DNA of 54,108 nucleotides, taken from positions 1-54,108 of the IMG/VR virus record IMGVR_UViG_3300008267_006666; one strand, written 5' to 3'. Source of the stretch: a virus (lineage: Duplodnaviria > Caudoviricetes). The notes under the pieces were generated by a model. It was not told where the DNA came from. It did no database searches and saw nothing but the letters and a program-made list of their open reading frames with translations. Made by a program: the position numbers and the translations under genes. This document shows, piece by piece, positions 1-8,918 of the stretch; the first letter of the stretch is position 1; each line of letters starts with the position of its first letter.

Positions 1-1
1 A

Positions 2-46
2 CCTATTGACTTATTAAATAAATTTACAGATAATTATAAAAACTAA
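2..46 (+). CDS. 3' end of a gene running into the window (…PIDLLNKFTDNYKN*); by synteny possibly the prohead protease
   Basis: Open frame ending TAA at 44-46, 5 nt before the next ATG; identity is inferred only from head-gene order. Confidence 0.35.
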   Translation, partial: PIDLLNKFTDNYKN

Positions 47-51
47 AAACT

Positions 52-261
52 ATGGATGAAAAATATTTTGTGGCAAAAGTAACCATTGATATGGTAGATG
101 CTGAATCAGGAAAATTAAAAAAACAAAAAGAGGAGAAATTGGTTAAAGCTTTTAGTCCAACAGATGTTGAGGCGAAAGTAACAAAACTTTTTGAGTCGTT
201 TACTCAAGATTGGAGAATCACGGCAATTGTTGAAAGTAAAATTGATGAGGTGGTAGAATAA
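52..261 (+). CDS. DUF4494-like small protein
   Basis: YFVAKV…GKLKKQKEEKLVKAFSPTDVEAKV…I.ESKI.EV resembles the Bacteroidota DUF4494 pattern. Confidence 0.6.
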   Translation: MDEKYFVAKVTIDMVDAESGKLKKQKEEKLVKAFSPTDVEAKVTKLFESFTQDWRITAIVESKIDEVVE

Positions 262-282
262 TTAATTTTAATTACAATTAAT

Positions 283-313
283 AAAAAGGAGGGAATTATC
301 CCTCCTTTTTTAT
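283..313 (+). terminator. Rho-independent terminator
   Basis: AAAAAGGAGGGA-ATTA-TCCCTCCTTTTTT hairpin with U-tract after 52..261. Confidence 0.85.
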
Positions 314-320
314 TTTCTAT

Positions 321-328
321 ATATTTAT
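321..328 (+). promoter_or_regulatory. Putative late promoter RTATTTAT (representative copy; others listed in findings)
   Basis: ATATTTAT 5 nt before ATG 334; the same octamer precedes many starts on both strands. Confidence 0.6.
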
Positions 329-333
329 AGTTA

Positions 334-1311
334 ATGAAAATTGTAATTACAAAAGACCAATACCAAATTTTACAAGAAGCCTTCAGAAAAAGGGAAGAAG
401 ATAAAATCGCTACCACTATTAGAGAGTGTCTTAAATTAGTCTACCAACCGAAAGGAAAATGGGGTTCTATTAATGAGCCCGATAATAATTGTGAAACAGG
501 TGAAGGAGTTATTGGTGTTTACCCTCATTTAGAAGGAATTGATAATTGGTCTATTCTAAATAGATTCGATACAAATAGTTTAGTTAGAGATAGATTAAAA
601 GAAATATATATTAAGGACACAAATAATTCTAATTTTACTAACGAAGAATTTATTAAATGGTTATTAGAAAACAAAGAAAAATTATTTGACGGAGAATATA
701 CCGAGGAGTTAGTTAATTTAAATAAAACAACCGTAGAAAAAGGAAATAGGAATGAACAATTTGCAATTGATGTTTTAAAGACAGAATTCCCTAACTCAAA
801 TATTAAAAGATTTTGTTCCGGAGATAAAAGAGATACCAAAATGGGTATGGACATTGCAATAGAATCTGAAGGTGATATTGTGTTTGCTCAAGTTAAATCA
901 TTTGAAAGTGTTAAACATATGTATGAACCTGAAACGGGTAAAGAATTTTATATGGTTAAGGCGTATTTTAATCACGAAAAATATTCAGAAACAAATGTGC
1001 AATTTTTCTTCTTTGTTAATTTTGATAAGAGAGAATATGTAATATTTCAAAATATAAAATCAAATATTCAAACTTCAGGAAATCAAAAAACATTATTCTT
1101 AGAAAATCCTCTATTAATATCAGATAATTTAGAATTAGGTACCGAACCTGAAGAGAGGGTGTATCGACAAACAAAGAACATTAAAAAACAGAAAAAAGTT
1201 AAAGATATTTTTAAAACGTCAAGTAAAAAATTGGATAATCTAATCAAGAAAAGAAATCTTATTGATAAATTAATTGCGAAAGAAATAGAAAATCTTAAAA
1301 CTAATAAATAA
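334..1311 (+). CDS. Putative PD-(D/E)XK nuclease-fold protein with N-terminal leader
   Basis: GNRNE…D.KMGMDIAI…FAQVK resembles a restriction-endonuclease-like active site; leader MKIVITKDQYQILQE. Confidence 0.5.
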   Translation: MKIVITKDQYQILQEAFRKREEDKIATTIRECLKLVYQPKGKWGSINEPDNNCETGEGVIGVYPHLEGIDNWSILNRFDTNSLVRDRLKEIYIKDTNNSNFTNEEFIKWLLENKEKLFDGEYTEELVNLNKTTVEKGNRNEQFAIDVLKTEFPNSNIKRFCSGDKRDTKMGMDIAIESEGDIVFAQVKSFESVKHMYEPETGKEFYMVKAYFNHEKYSETNVQFFFFVNFDKREYVIFQNIKSNIQTSGNQKTLFLENPLLISDNLELGTEPEERVYRQTKNIKKQKKVKDIFKTSSKKLDNLIKKRNLIDKLIAKEIENLKTNK

Positions 1312-1402
1312 AAAAATTAAAAAAATATACAGGAAATTATTAAAAATTAAAATTTTTTAATAAAACACTATATTTATTAATAATAAATAACAAACAAAAA
1401 CT

Positions 1403-2812
1403 ATGGCAAAAGAAAAATCAGTAGTTGAAGATGCGATACTTCAAATGAAGAATTTAGAAGAAACGGTCGCTGAAAATGCAAAAGGAATACTTGCGTCTAC
1501 AATGAAGCAAGAAATCAAAGAATTGGTAAAAGAATCTCTATCCGAACAAGAAGAAGAGGAAGAAGAGGTTGATGATGTTGAAATGGATTCCGAAATCGAA
1601 GGATCTGATTCTGATGAAGATGAAGATGAGATGGAAGATGAAATGGAAACTGATAATGAAGAAGATATGGATTTCGCCGGCATGGAAATGACTCCAGATG
1701 ATGAAGAACCTATCGACTTAACAGGAAAATCTGACGAAGAAGTACTTCGTGTATTCCAATTAATGGGTCCTAATGACAATGTTATTGTTACAAAAGATGA
1801 CTCAGGAAACATCAATCTTAAAGATGGTGAAAAAGAATATATGATTGTACAAGAATCTGATTTAGAAGATTCTGTTATGGACGAAGATTCTGATGAAATG
1901 ATGGAAGAAATGGAAATGGAAGAATCTGAATTGGGTGAAGAAGAAATGGATGAGTCTGAATTAGATGAAGAAGAATCAACCGAAATGGACGAATCTTACG
2001 AAGAAAATGAAGAAATCGTTTATGAAATTTCTTTTGACGATGAAGAGGAAGAAGATGAGGAAGAGGAAGAATATGATGAAGAAGAGTTTTTTGAATCTGA
2101 CGAATCTTTAATGGAATCCAAAATGAAAATAAAAGCAAAAGGTAAAGTTGGTAATGGTCCTAAATTCAAATACTCTGCAAAACCAAATATGGCTGGAGGA
2201 TTTAAAGAAAAAATGAAACAAGGTCCTAAGTCAGTTGGAACAGGTAAAGCCAAATTTGAATACAAAGAAGGTGAAAATTTGGATGGAAAAATGAAGAAAG
2301 TTACCGGCAAAAAAACCGAAACAAAAGAAGCTTCTCGTACTTTAGGTTCAGGAAGAAAGTTTGGAAGAAAAGGACTACCCAAACCAAAAGCAGCTCCAAG
2401 ACACATTCAAGTTGAGTCTACGGATGTTGAAGTTAAACTTCTTAGAGAAAAAAATGAAGAATACAGAAAAGCTCTTAACGTATTTAGAAATAAGTTAAAT
2501 GAAGTAGCGGTATTCAATTCAAACTTAGCTTACGCTACACGTTTGTTTACAGAACACTCAACTTCAAAACAAGAAAAAATAAATATTTTAAGAAGATTTG
2601 ATTCTGTTGAAACATTAAAAGAATCTAAGAATTTATATCAGACCATTAAAAATGAATTGTCTACAGACAAAGGAAAAAGCATAAATGAGTCAGTTGAAAG
2701 AATAATTGAAAGCACACCTGCGACAGGTTCGGCAACAACTTTAATTGAATCAAAAACTTATGAAAATCCTCAGTTTATGAGAATGAAAGATTTAATGGCA
2801 AAAATAAAATAA
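1403..2812 (+). CDS. Prohead core/scaffolding protein
   Basis: Highly acidic centre, coiled-coil C-terminus, many xxE-S motifs, directly upstream of the major capsid gene (T4 gp22 position). Confidence 0.75.
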   Translation: MAKEKSVVEDAILQMKNLEETVAENAKGILASTMKQEIKELVKESLSEQEEEEEEVDDVEMDSEIEGSDSDEDEDEMEDEMETDNEEDMDFAGMEMTPDDEEPIDLTGKSDEEVLRVFQLMGPNDNVIVTKDDSGNINLKDGEKEYMIVQESDLEDSVMDEDSDEMMEEMEMEESELGEEEMDESELDEEESTEMDESYEENEEIVYEISFDDEEEEDEEEEEYDEEEFFESDESLMESKMKIKAKGKVGNGPKFKYSAKPNMAGGFKEKMKQGPKSVGTGKAKFEYKEGENLDGKMKKVTGKKTETKEASRTLGSGRKFGRKGLPKPKAAPRHIQVESTDVEVKLLREKNEEYRKALNVFRNKLNEVAVFNSNLAYATRLFTEHSTSKQEKINILRRFDSVETLKESKNLYQTIKNELSTDKGKSINESVERIIESTPATGSATTLIESKTYENPQFMRMKDLMAKIK

Positions 2813-2842
2813 ATAAAATAAAAAATAAAAAAAAACAAAAAA

Positions 2843-4717
2843 ATGGGAGCATTATTAGAATCAGGTCTTGTTGGTAATATTGGTTTAAAACACCTTAAAG
2901 TTATCAAAGAAGATACAATCAACAAATGGGATAAATTAGGATTCCTAGAAGGTCTTAAAGGACATTTAAAAGAGAACGTAGCTCAGTTATATGAGAACCA
3001 AGCGTCTCACTTAATTAATGAAGCGACTGGAGAAGGTTCAAACGGAGCGTTTGAAACCGTTGTATTTCCAATCGTAAGACGTGTTTTCTCTAAATTATTA
3101 GCGAATGACATCGTATCAGTACAAGCTATGAACTTACCAATCGGTAAATTATTCTACTTCGTACCTAAAATTCAAGGTTTTCAACCTAATACTTACGGTG
3201 ACCCTGGCGCTAACCAATCAGGTGACCATTACGCACCTGTAGGATCACCTAACGCCGTTTACGATGGTGCTAATGACCCTGGACAAGGTTATACTGGAGA
3301 TTACGCATATAAGAAAAATCTTTATGATTTGTTCTATGAAGGAAGTGAAGGAGAACTAGATCCTCCAGGCTTATTTGACTACTCAAAAGGTCGTTGGTCA
3401 GCAATTACTTCAAACGCTACAATGGTTTATTGGAGTAATGGTGAATTAGCCCCAGATACTGCTAGTGATAAATACGTTGGTGTTAATAGAAAAGTAATTG
3501 TAAAACTTTGCAATTTTTCTACGTCAGGTGCAGGTAAATTAATTGGACCTGATGGACATGAAATGGATAACGAATCATTCTTATCTGATTTAAGAATTTA
3601 CTTAACAGGTGAAGGTTCTACTCCTAATATGTCTTTATCAGGATGTGATATTAAAGCAAATACTTCATTATTGTTTAGAGTCGTTACTCAACAATACGGT
3701 AAAAGTATTGTTAAATACGGTTCAACTACTCAAACTTATTGGCCAGGACCCGATCTTACAAATTCACCAGCAGGAAACGGCGGATCATTTAAAGATATCT
3801 GCGACGCTGAAGGTTGTATTTATTTAGAAGTTGATCTTTCTTGTCCTGTATGCGCTGAATGTGGTTCAGGAACTTTAGATGGTTACACAGGTTCAACAAT
3901 CGAATCATACAATTATAGCACCGCATTCGCAGCTGCTTGGAGACGTTATGAAGAACTTGAATTCGAAGACAAAATTGGTGAAGTTTCTTTCGATTTAGAA
4001 TCTGTTACGGTTTCTGTTACTGAAAGAAAATTAAGAGCACAATGGTCTCCAGAATTAGCTCAAGACGTTGCGGCATTCCACAACATTGATGCTGAGGCTG
4101 AATTAACAGCATTGTTATCTGAACAAGTTGCGGCTGAAATCGACCGTGAAATCTTACGTGACTTACGTAAAGGTGCGGCTTGGACATTACGTTGGGATTA
4201 CAACGGATGGAGAAGAGTTACAGGTTTAGCAACTTCTTACACTCAGAAAGATTGGAATCAGACTTTGATTACAACTATTAACCAATTGTCAGCTCAAATC
4301 CACAAGTCAACTCTTCGTGGTGGTGCTAACTGGATCGTTGTATCAAGTGAGATTTCTGCAATCTTTGATGATTTAGAATACTTCCACGTATCTAACGCAT
4401 CTCCTGAGCAAGATCAGTACAACATGGGTATTGAAAGAGTAGGTACTTTAGCAGGTCGTTACCAAGTGTATCGTGACCCTTATTTCCCACCAAACACAAT
4501 TTTGATTGGGCATAAAGGAACATCGTTACTTGACACTGGTTACATCTACGCACCGTACGTACCATTACAATTAACACCTACAATGTATAATCCATTTAAT
4601 TTTACACCAATTAAAGGTATTATGACAAGATACGCGAAGAAAATGGTAAACAACCGTTTCTACGCGAAAATTACCGTAGATGGTGTTCGTACATTTGATT
4701 TAAGAGAGTTAAGATAA
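2843..4717 (+). CDS. gp23: Major capsid protein, T4 gp23-like, with a large central insertion
   Basis: PIVRRVF…LLANDIVSVQAM, RKLRAQWSPELAQD, DAEAELTALLSEQVAAEIDREI, YAPYVPL, P.KGIMTRY are gp23 hallmarks. Confidence 0.95.
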   Translation: MGALLESGLVGNIGLKHLKVIKEDTINKWDKLGFLEGLKGHLKENVAQLYENQASHLINEATGEGSNGAFETVVFPIVRRVFSKLLANDIVSVQAMNLPIGKLFYFVPKIQGFQPNTYGDPGANQSGDHYAPVGSPNAVYDGANDPGQGYTGDYAYKKNLYDLFYEGSEGELDPPGLFDYSKGRWSAITSNATMVYWSNGELAPDTASDKYVGVNRKVIVKLCNFSTSGAGKLIGPDGHEMDNESFLSDLRIYLTGEGSTPNMSLSGCDIKANTSLLFRVVTQQYGKSIVKYGSTTQTYWPGPDLTNSPAGNGGSFKDICDAEGCIYLEVDLSCPVCAECGSGTLDGYTGSTIESYNYSTAFAAAWRRYEELEFEDKIGEVSFDLESVTVSVTERKLRAQWSPELAQDVAAFHNIDAEAELTALLSEQVAAEIDREILRDLRKGAAWTLRWDYNGWRRVTGLATSYTQKDWNQTLITTINQLSAQIHKSTLRGGANWIVVSSEISAIFDDLEYFHVSNASPEQDQYNMGIERVGTLAGRYQVYRDPYFPPNTILIGHKGTSLLDTGYIYAPYVPLQLTPTMYNPFNFTPIKGIMTRYAKKMVNNRFYAKITVDGVRTFDLRELR

Positions 4718-4739
4718 TTAAACTCTTAATGAGAAAATT

Positions 4740-4770
4740 AAAAGGTCAGAGAAATCTGACCTTTTTTTTT
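4740..4770 (+). terminator. Rho-independent terminator after capsid gene
   Basis: AAAAGGTCAGA-GAAA-TCTGACCTTTTTTTTT. Confidence 0.9.
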
Positions 4771-4825
4771 GTGGGTTAAAAATAAATGGCTTGATTAATA
4801 TATTTATTATATATAGATTTATAAT

Positions 4826-6514
4826 ATGGTTGATATTAATAAAGTAATTGAATTGTATACCGAAAATAATTACTCCACACATAAATTGGCAGAATTATTT
4901 AAAATTGGACATAAAAAAATAAGTAAAATTTTAAAAGACAATAATGTTGTTATAAGAAAAAAAGGTGGTCAAATAAAAATAGGTAATAGTAAAGAAATTG
5001 AGTCGGGTAAAACAATAAAATATAATTCAGATGATTTTGACCTAGTGGCTGTTTGTAAAAAAACAGGAGAATCAATTAATGACCCCAACAATTTATCAGG
5101 TAAATTAACTAAACATATTTTAGATTTATATGGAGATATTGACATACCTAAAAATAATTACCAAAGAAAAAAATACGAAATACAAAATGGTAAAAAATGG
5201 TTTGAAGAGTATTTTGATATTATAAAAAAAGAAAAAAAAGAAATAAGAAAATGTAGTTTATGTGATTGGTCGACAACAGATATTGACAACAAAACAGGTT
5301 GTTTTGAACAACACGTTTTAGATATTCATAATATGGGTTTATCGGACTATTTAAATAATTTTAAAGATGAAAAAAAATTCCATAAAAATTTCTTAAAAAA
5401 AGAAAATCGAGAAAATGAATTTTTATCAGATAAAAATTTTATTAAATGTGAAATATGTGGTGAAAAAATGATGGTAATAACTAATACTCATTTAATTAAT
5501 AAACACAATATTTCAGTAGAGGAATATAAATTAAAATATCCAAATTCAAAAATAGTATGTAACAGAGTTTCTGAAATTTATTCTAAAATAATAAAAGAAG
5601 TTAATATAAATCAATCCCCTACTTGGACATCTAAAGGTGAAAATGAGATTAAAGAATTTATTGAGGGTTTAGGATTAAAAACTGAAAAAGGTAAAAATAG
5701 AAAATTACTTGAAGGTAAAGAAATTGATATTTTAATTCCTGATAAAAAAATAGGTATAGAATATAATGGGTTATATTTTCATACTGAAAAAATGGGTAAA
5801 AATTCTTCATACCATTTAAATAAAACTTTAGAATCTAATATTAACGGGTATAAACTCATTCAGGTTTTTGAAGATGAGTGGATGGTAAATAAAGATTTAG
5901 TTAAAGAAAAGATAAAACATATTTTAGGATTTAATGGCGGTATTAAAATAGGTGCAAGAAAAACAAAAATTATTAAAATAGATAAAGAACAGAAAACAAT
6001 TTTTTTAAAAGTGAACCACATTCAAGGTAATGACAAGTCTGACATATTTTATGGTGCGTTCTATGAAGATATTTTAATTGGTGTTATGACTTTTAACTCC
6101 AAAAGAAATATGACAAAAAATAAAGATAACGAATATGAGTTAAGTAGGTTCTGTATTAAATCAGGTTATATTATTTCAGGATTGGCATCAAAATTACTTA
6201 AACATTTTATAAATGAATATAACCCAAAAAGTGTGATTAGTTTTGCCGATAGGAGATGGACTATTGACGGGAATAACAATTTATATATTAATTTAGGTTT
6301 TAAATTAGACTCAATTTTAAAACCTTCATATTTTTATTATAATTCATCAGTATCTAAGTATAAGAGATTTCATAAATTCTCATTTGGTAAGAATAATCTA
6401 AAAAAGAAATACCCTAATTTAGATTTTAATAAATCTGAAAATGAATTGACAAAAGAATTGGGTTTTAATAAGATATGGGATTGTGGTTTATTTAAATATA
6501 AATTAACCTTATAA
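4826..6514 (+). CDS. Free-standing homing-endonuclease-like protein: HTH and Zn fingers, Vsr/DUF559-type nuclease, C-terminal Mom-like GNAT domain
   Basis: CxxC…H…H fingers; EIDILIP…IGIEYNGLYFH nuclease motif; ELSRFC…ASKLL…VISFADRRW…LY..LGF GNAT-like motif. Confidence 0.7.
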   Translation: MVDINKVIELYTENNYSTHKLAELFKIGHKKISKILKDNNVVIRKKGGQIKIGNSKEIESGKTIKYNSDDFDLVAVCKKTGESINDPNNLSGKLTKHILDLYGDIDIPKNNYQRKKYEIQNGKKWFEEYFDIIKKEKKEIRKCSLCDWSTTDIDNKTGCFEQHVLDIHNMGLSDYLNNFKDEKKFHKNFLKKENRENEFLSDKNFIKCEICGEKMMVITNTHLINKHNISVEEYKLKYPNSKIVCNRVSEIYSKIIKEVNINQSPTWTSKGENEIKEFIEGLGLKTEKGKNRKLLEGKEIDILIPDKKIGIEYNGLYFHTEKMGKNSSYHLNKTLESNINGYKLIQVFEDEWMVNKDLVKEKIKHILGFNGGIKIGARKTKIIKIDKEQKTIFLKVNHIQGNDKSDIFYGAFYEDILIGVMTFNSKRNMTKNKDNEYELSRFCIKSGYIISGLASKLLKHFINEYNPKSVISFADRRWTIDGNNNLYINLGFKLDSILKPSYFYYNSSVSKYKRFHKFSFGKNNLKKKYPNLDFNKSENELTKELGFNKIWDCGLFKYKLTL

Positions 6515-6527
6515 GATATTTATATGT

Positions 6528-6950
6528 ATGAATCTTAAAAAGTTAATTAGAGAACATTTATTATTAGAGAAAAGAATAGGTCAATTGGTGGATACATTTG
6601 AGATTACAATGTCTTTTGATTTAATCAAACATATGGGTCACGCAGAACAAAGGGCTATGGGTATTGGTAGGGAAAAGATTGATGACTACGATATGAGACC
6701 TGTAAGTAATATGGAAATAAGATATTTTGTTGACCTTTTTAAAAGAGATATTGGAGAAAAAATTATATATGGGGAAATTAAAAATGAAGAACCTTTTGTT
6801 ATTAGAAGTCCTGAGAAAGGCTTGGCTATTCCCCTTAAACCAATTCATAACGGAGGAACTAGTTGGAAATTGGTCGTTTTAACCATTTGGAGGGAAAGTA
6901 ATATTCACAAATTTAAAACATTTGAGGGACAGGTGGTTATTGAAAAATAA
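6528..6950 (+). CDS. Hypothetical protein with leader; possible RNase/toxin-like fold
   Basis: Leader MNLKKLIREHLLLE; HAEQR…R and C-terminal LVVLTIW strand; RTATTTAT at 6516. Confidence 0.55.
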   Translation: MNLKKLIREHLLLEKRIGQLVDTFEITMSFDLIKHMGHAEQRAMGIGREKIDDYDMRPVSNMEIRYFVDLFKRDIGEKIIYGEIKNEEPFVIRSPEKGLAIPLKPIHNGGTSWKLVVLTIWRESNIHKFKTFEGQVVIEK

Positions 6951-7140
6951 AAAGGGGACAATCGTCCCCTTTGGTTTTGAAGTTTTTGTCTGAGCTTGTG
7001 AACTAATCGGTTGTCCGCGTAATAAACAAAGGTGGCTTCAAATTATTCCATCTTAACGATTGAGGTTTACCAAACCCTGAATGTTCGTCATTCATTCCGC
7101 CGAGTTGTTAGGGTAATCTCGGTTCAACCCTTTTCATTAT
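6945..7140 (-). ncRNA. Candidate structured ncRNA (~190 nt)
   Basis: Own Bacteroidota-type promoter and terminator, no ORF over 30 aa in the ATG frame, GC-richer than flanks, visible pseudoknot and hairpins. Confidence 0.55.
6950..6972. terminator. Bidirectional Rho-independent terminator
   Basis: AAAAGGGGAC-AATC-GTCCCCTTT, with A/T tracts on both sides. Confidence 0.85.
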
Positions 7141-7141
7141 A

Positions 7142-7173
7142 CAAATATACAAACTTTTTTTGATTATTCCAAA
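7142..7173 (-). promoter_or_regulatory. Bacteroidota primary-sigma promoter (TTTG-N20-TATATTTG)
   Basis: Reverse complement of 7170-7173 is TTTG and of 7142-7149 is TATATTTG; spacing 20 nt. Confidence 0.75.
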
Positions 7174-7523
7174 TCTTCAATGAAATAAATTTGAATGTAA
7201 ATATAAGTATTTTTTCCCATATTAAGATTTGTGTTTGTCATAATAAGATAATTTTTTAATTCCATTTCAAATTCTTTGTGATTAAATTTAATATCAGAAC
7301 AATGTTCAAATGAGTAGTTTGACAGATGAAAATCATCCATTTGGTCGTAACAAGTTCTGTCAATATGTTTTGATATAAAATCATCACCAAGGGTTATTGT
7401 AACATCCACCTGAAGATGGGAGAAAACTTCTTTATATCTTGTAACATATATGTTTTCAAAAAACGGATATTGTTTTTTTAAGATGATGTTTAATGTCTTT
7501 TCGTATCTTTCTTTCTCTGTCAT
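7164..7523 (-). CDS. Hypothetical protein
   Basis: 119-aa ORF with RTATTTAT (reverse complement of 7529-7536) upstream. Confidence 0.6.
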   Translation of the reverse strand: MTEKERYEKTLNIILKKQYPFFENIYVTRYKEVFSHLQVDVTITLGDDFISKHIDRTCYDQMDDFHLSNYSFEHCSDIKFNHKEFEMELKNYLIMTNTNLNMGKNTYIYIQIYFIEDLE

Positions 7524-7565
7524 TTTTTATAAATATAAGATATTTATATATAAAACTATTTTAAT

Positions 7566-8612
7566 ATGAAAAATTTATTTATTATAAATGAGGACGAGAG
7601 AAAAAGAATTTTAGGTCTTCACGAAACCGCAACTAAAAAACAATATTTAGGTGAGGCTAAAATAACTGGAGATCAATTTAGTGGAAGAAAAGTTGAACTT
7701 GATAAGGAAAATCAAATAACCAAAAACATATACCAACTTCTTTTTACTAGTGGTGGGGGTATGTTACCTGATGTTGATGAAACTAAATTGGTGAATGAAC
7801 TTCTTAAAATCAAAGATGTTAATACTTTTAAACAGGTTAATAATGAATTAACTCAAATTTTTAAATTGCTAAACACGCAATATAAAAATTTAGATTATGT
7901 TTTAAATGATGTTTTAGATTATAATCTTGGGGATAAGTCTGATGTTGAGAGATTAATTTCTCATTTAAATACGTTAGGTGTTAGTAAGGAAATAACTAAA
8001 AATCTTAGAAGTGCTAATTTTGATTCGTCTAAAATACAAGGTGAGACAGCAGCAAATCCTGATCAAACTAAAAAAACACCCGAAGAGGTTAGTAAAAATT
8101 TTAATTACATTTTTACGACAAAATATCCTTGTGTGATGGGTGGTAAAGAAATAAAATATACTTCAGGTAATGGTGGTTTTTATTATAAAATTGGCGATAT
8201 TGTGTATTATGTAAATGGTGGATATAAAAATACTATAACAGGAGCGAAAGGAACTTTTAAATGTAACGGTAAACAAATTTCATTAGATGGTGAAACTGCT
8301 GCAAATCCTGACGTAACTCCAAAACCAAGAGTTGTACCAACAACTAGCGATGAATTATTACAAGGTAAAGGTTATTTAAAATTAAATGATTCTAATAGTT
8401 TAGTTAAACAAGTTCAAAATAATTTAATTTCCGCAGATGAATTTGTAACTCCAACAGGAACTTTTGATAAAGAGACATATGATGCGGTTAAATCATTTCA
8501 AAGTAAAAATGGGCTTAAATCTGATGGTATTGTAGGTAAAAAAACTTGGTCAATTTTGTCAAACGTAAAACCTGAAACTATAGCACCTAAAGAAATTGAT
8601 AGAATTTCTTAA
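7566..8612 (+). CDS. Peptidoglycan-binding-domain protein with N-terminal leader
   Basis: C-terminal VKQVQ…G.FD..T..AVKSFQ…GL..DGIVG.KTW (PG_binding_1 pattern); GETAANPD occurs twice; leader MKNLFIINEDERKRILGLHE. Confidence 0.75.
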   Translation: MKNLFIINEDERKRILGLHETATKKQYLGEAKITGDQFSGRKVELDKENQITKNIYQLLFTSGGGMLPDVDETKLVNELLKIKDVNTFKQVNNELTQIFKLLNTQYKNLDYVLNDVLDYNLGDKSDVERLISHLNTLGVSKEITKNLRSANFDSSKIQGETAANPDQTKKTPEEVSKNFNYIFTTKYPCVMGGKEIKYTSGNGGFYYKIGDIVYYVNGGYKNTITGAKGTFKCNGKQISLDGETAANPDVTPKPRVVPTTSDELLQGKGYLKLNDSNSLVKQVQNNLISADEFVTPTGTFDKETYDAVKSFQSKNGLKSDGIVGKKTWSILSNVKPETIAPKEIDRIS

Positions 8613-8634
8613 ACTAATATAAAAATATAAATTT

Positions 8635-8665
8635 AAAGAAGATAATCTTATTGGTTATCTTCTTT
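8635..8665. terminator. Hairpin between convergent genes, probable bidirectional terminator
   Basis: AAAGAAGATAAT…GTTATCTTCTTT. Confidence 0.55.
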
Positions 8666-8872
8666 TGTTTTAGATAAAGTCCTAATAGATTTAGAAATAA
8701 TTTCTGTTTCGCCGATTGAAAACGCTCCTGAATGATAAGCGTGTTTTACTGCTTGTATAAGTATGTATTTTGAAAACTCTTCATTCATATTTTCATATAA
8801 CGTTTCAAAATGGTCTTCACTTAATAATGGTATTGAGTTAAATAATTTTCCGTGTAATTTTTCTTCTTCCAT
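8648..8872 (-). CDS. Hypothetical protein
   Basis: 74-aa ORF filling the gap between flanking genes. Confidence 0.6.
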   Translation of the reverse strand: MEEEKLHGKLFNSIPLLSEDHFETLYENMNEEFSKYILIQAVKHAYHSGAFSIGETEIISKSIRTLSKTKEDNQ

Positions 8873-8918
8873 TTTATATAGTTTGTGATATTTATAATTA
8901 TAAGAACTTTTTATTAAA

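Noticed and set aside
6-34. TTGACT-N17-GATAAT sigma70-like promoter
   Set aside because: Lies in a probable upstream coding tail, is likely by chance in AT-rich DNA, and other host-type promoters here are of the Bacteroidota type
1441-2406. Antisense Ser-rich ORFs opposite the scaffold (similarly 525..854, 14271..14594, 46591..47085, 52043..52261, 53589..53862)
   Set aside because: Shadow frames of biased or repetitive real genes
6945-7140. tmRNA, preQ1 riboswitch, hammerhead or 6S identity for the candidate RNA
   Set aside because: No tRNA-like ends or tag peptide, no downstream gene, no CUGAUGA/GAAA core, no convincing long terminal stem; left unassigned
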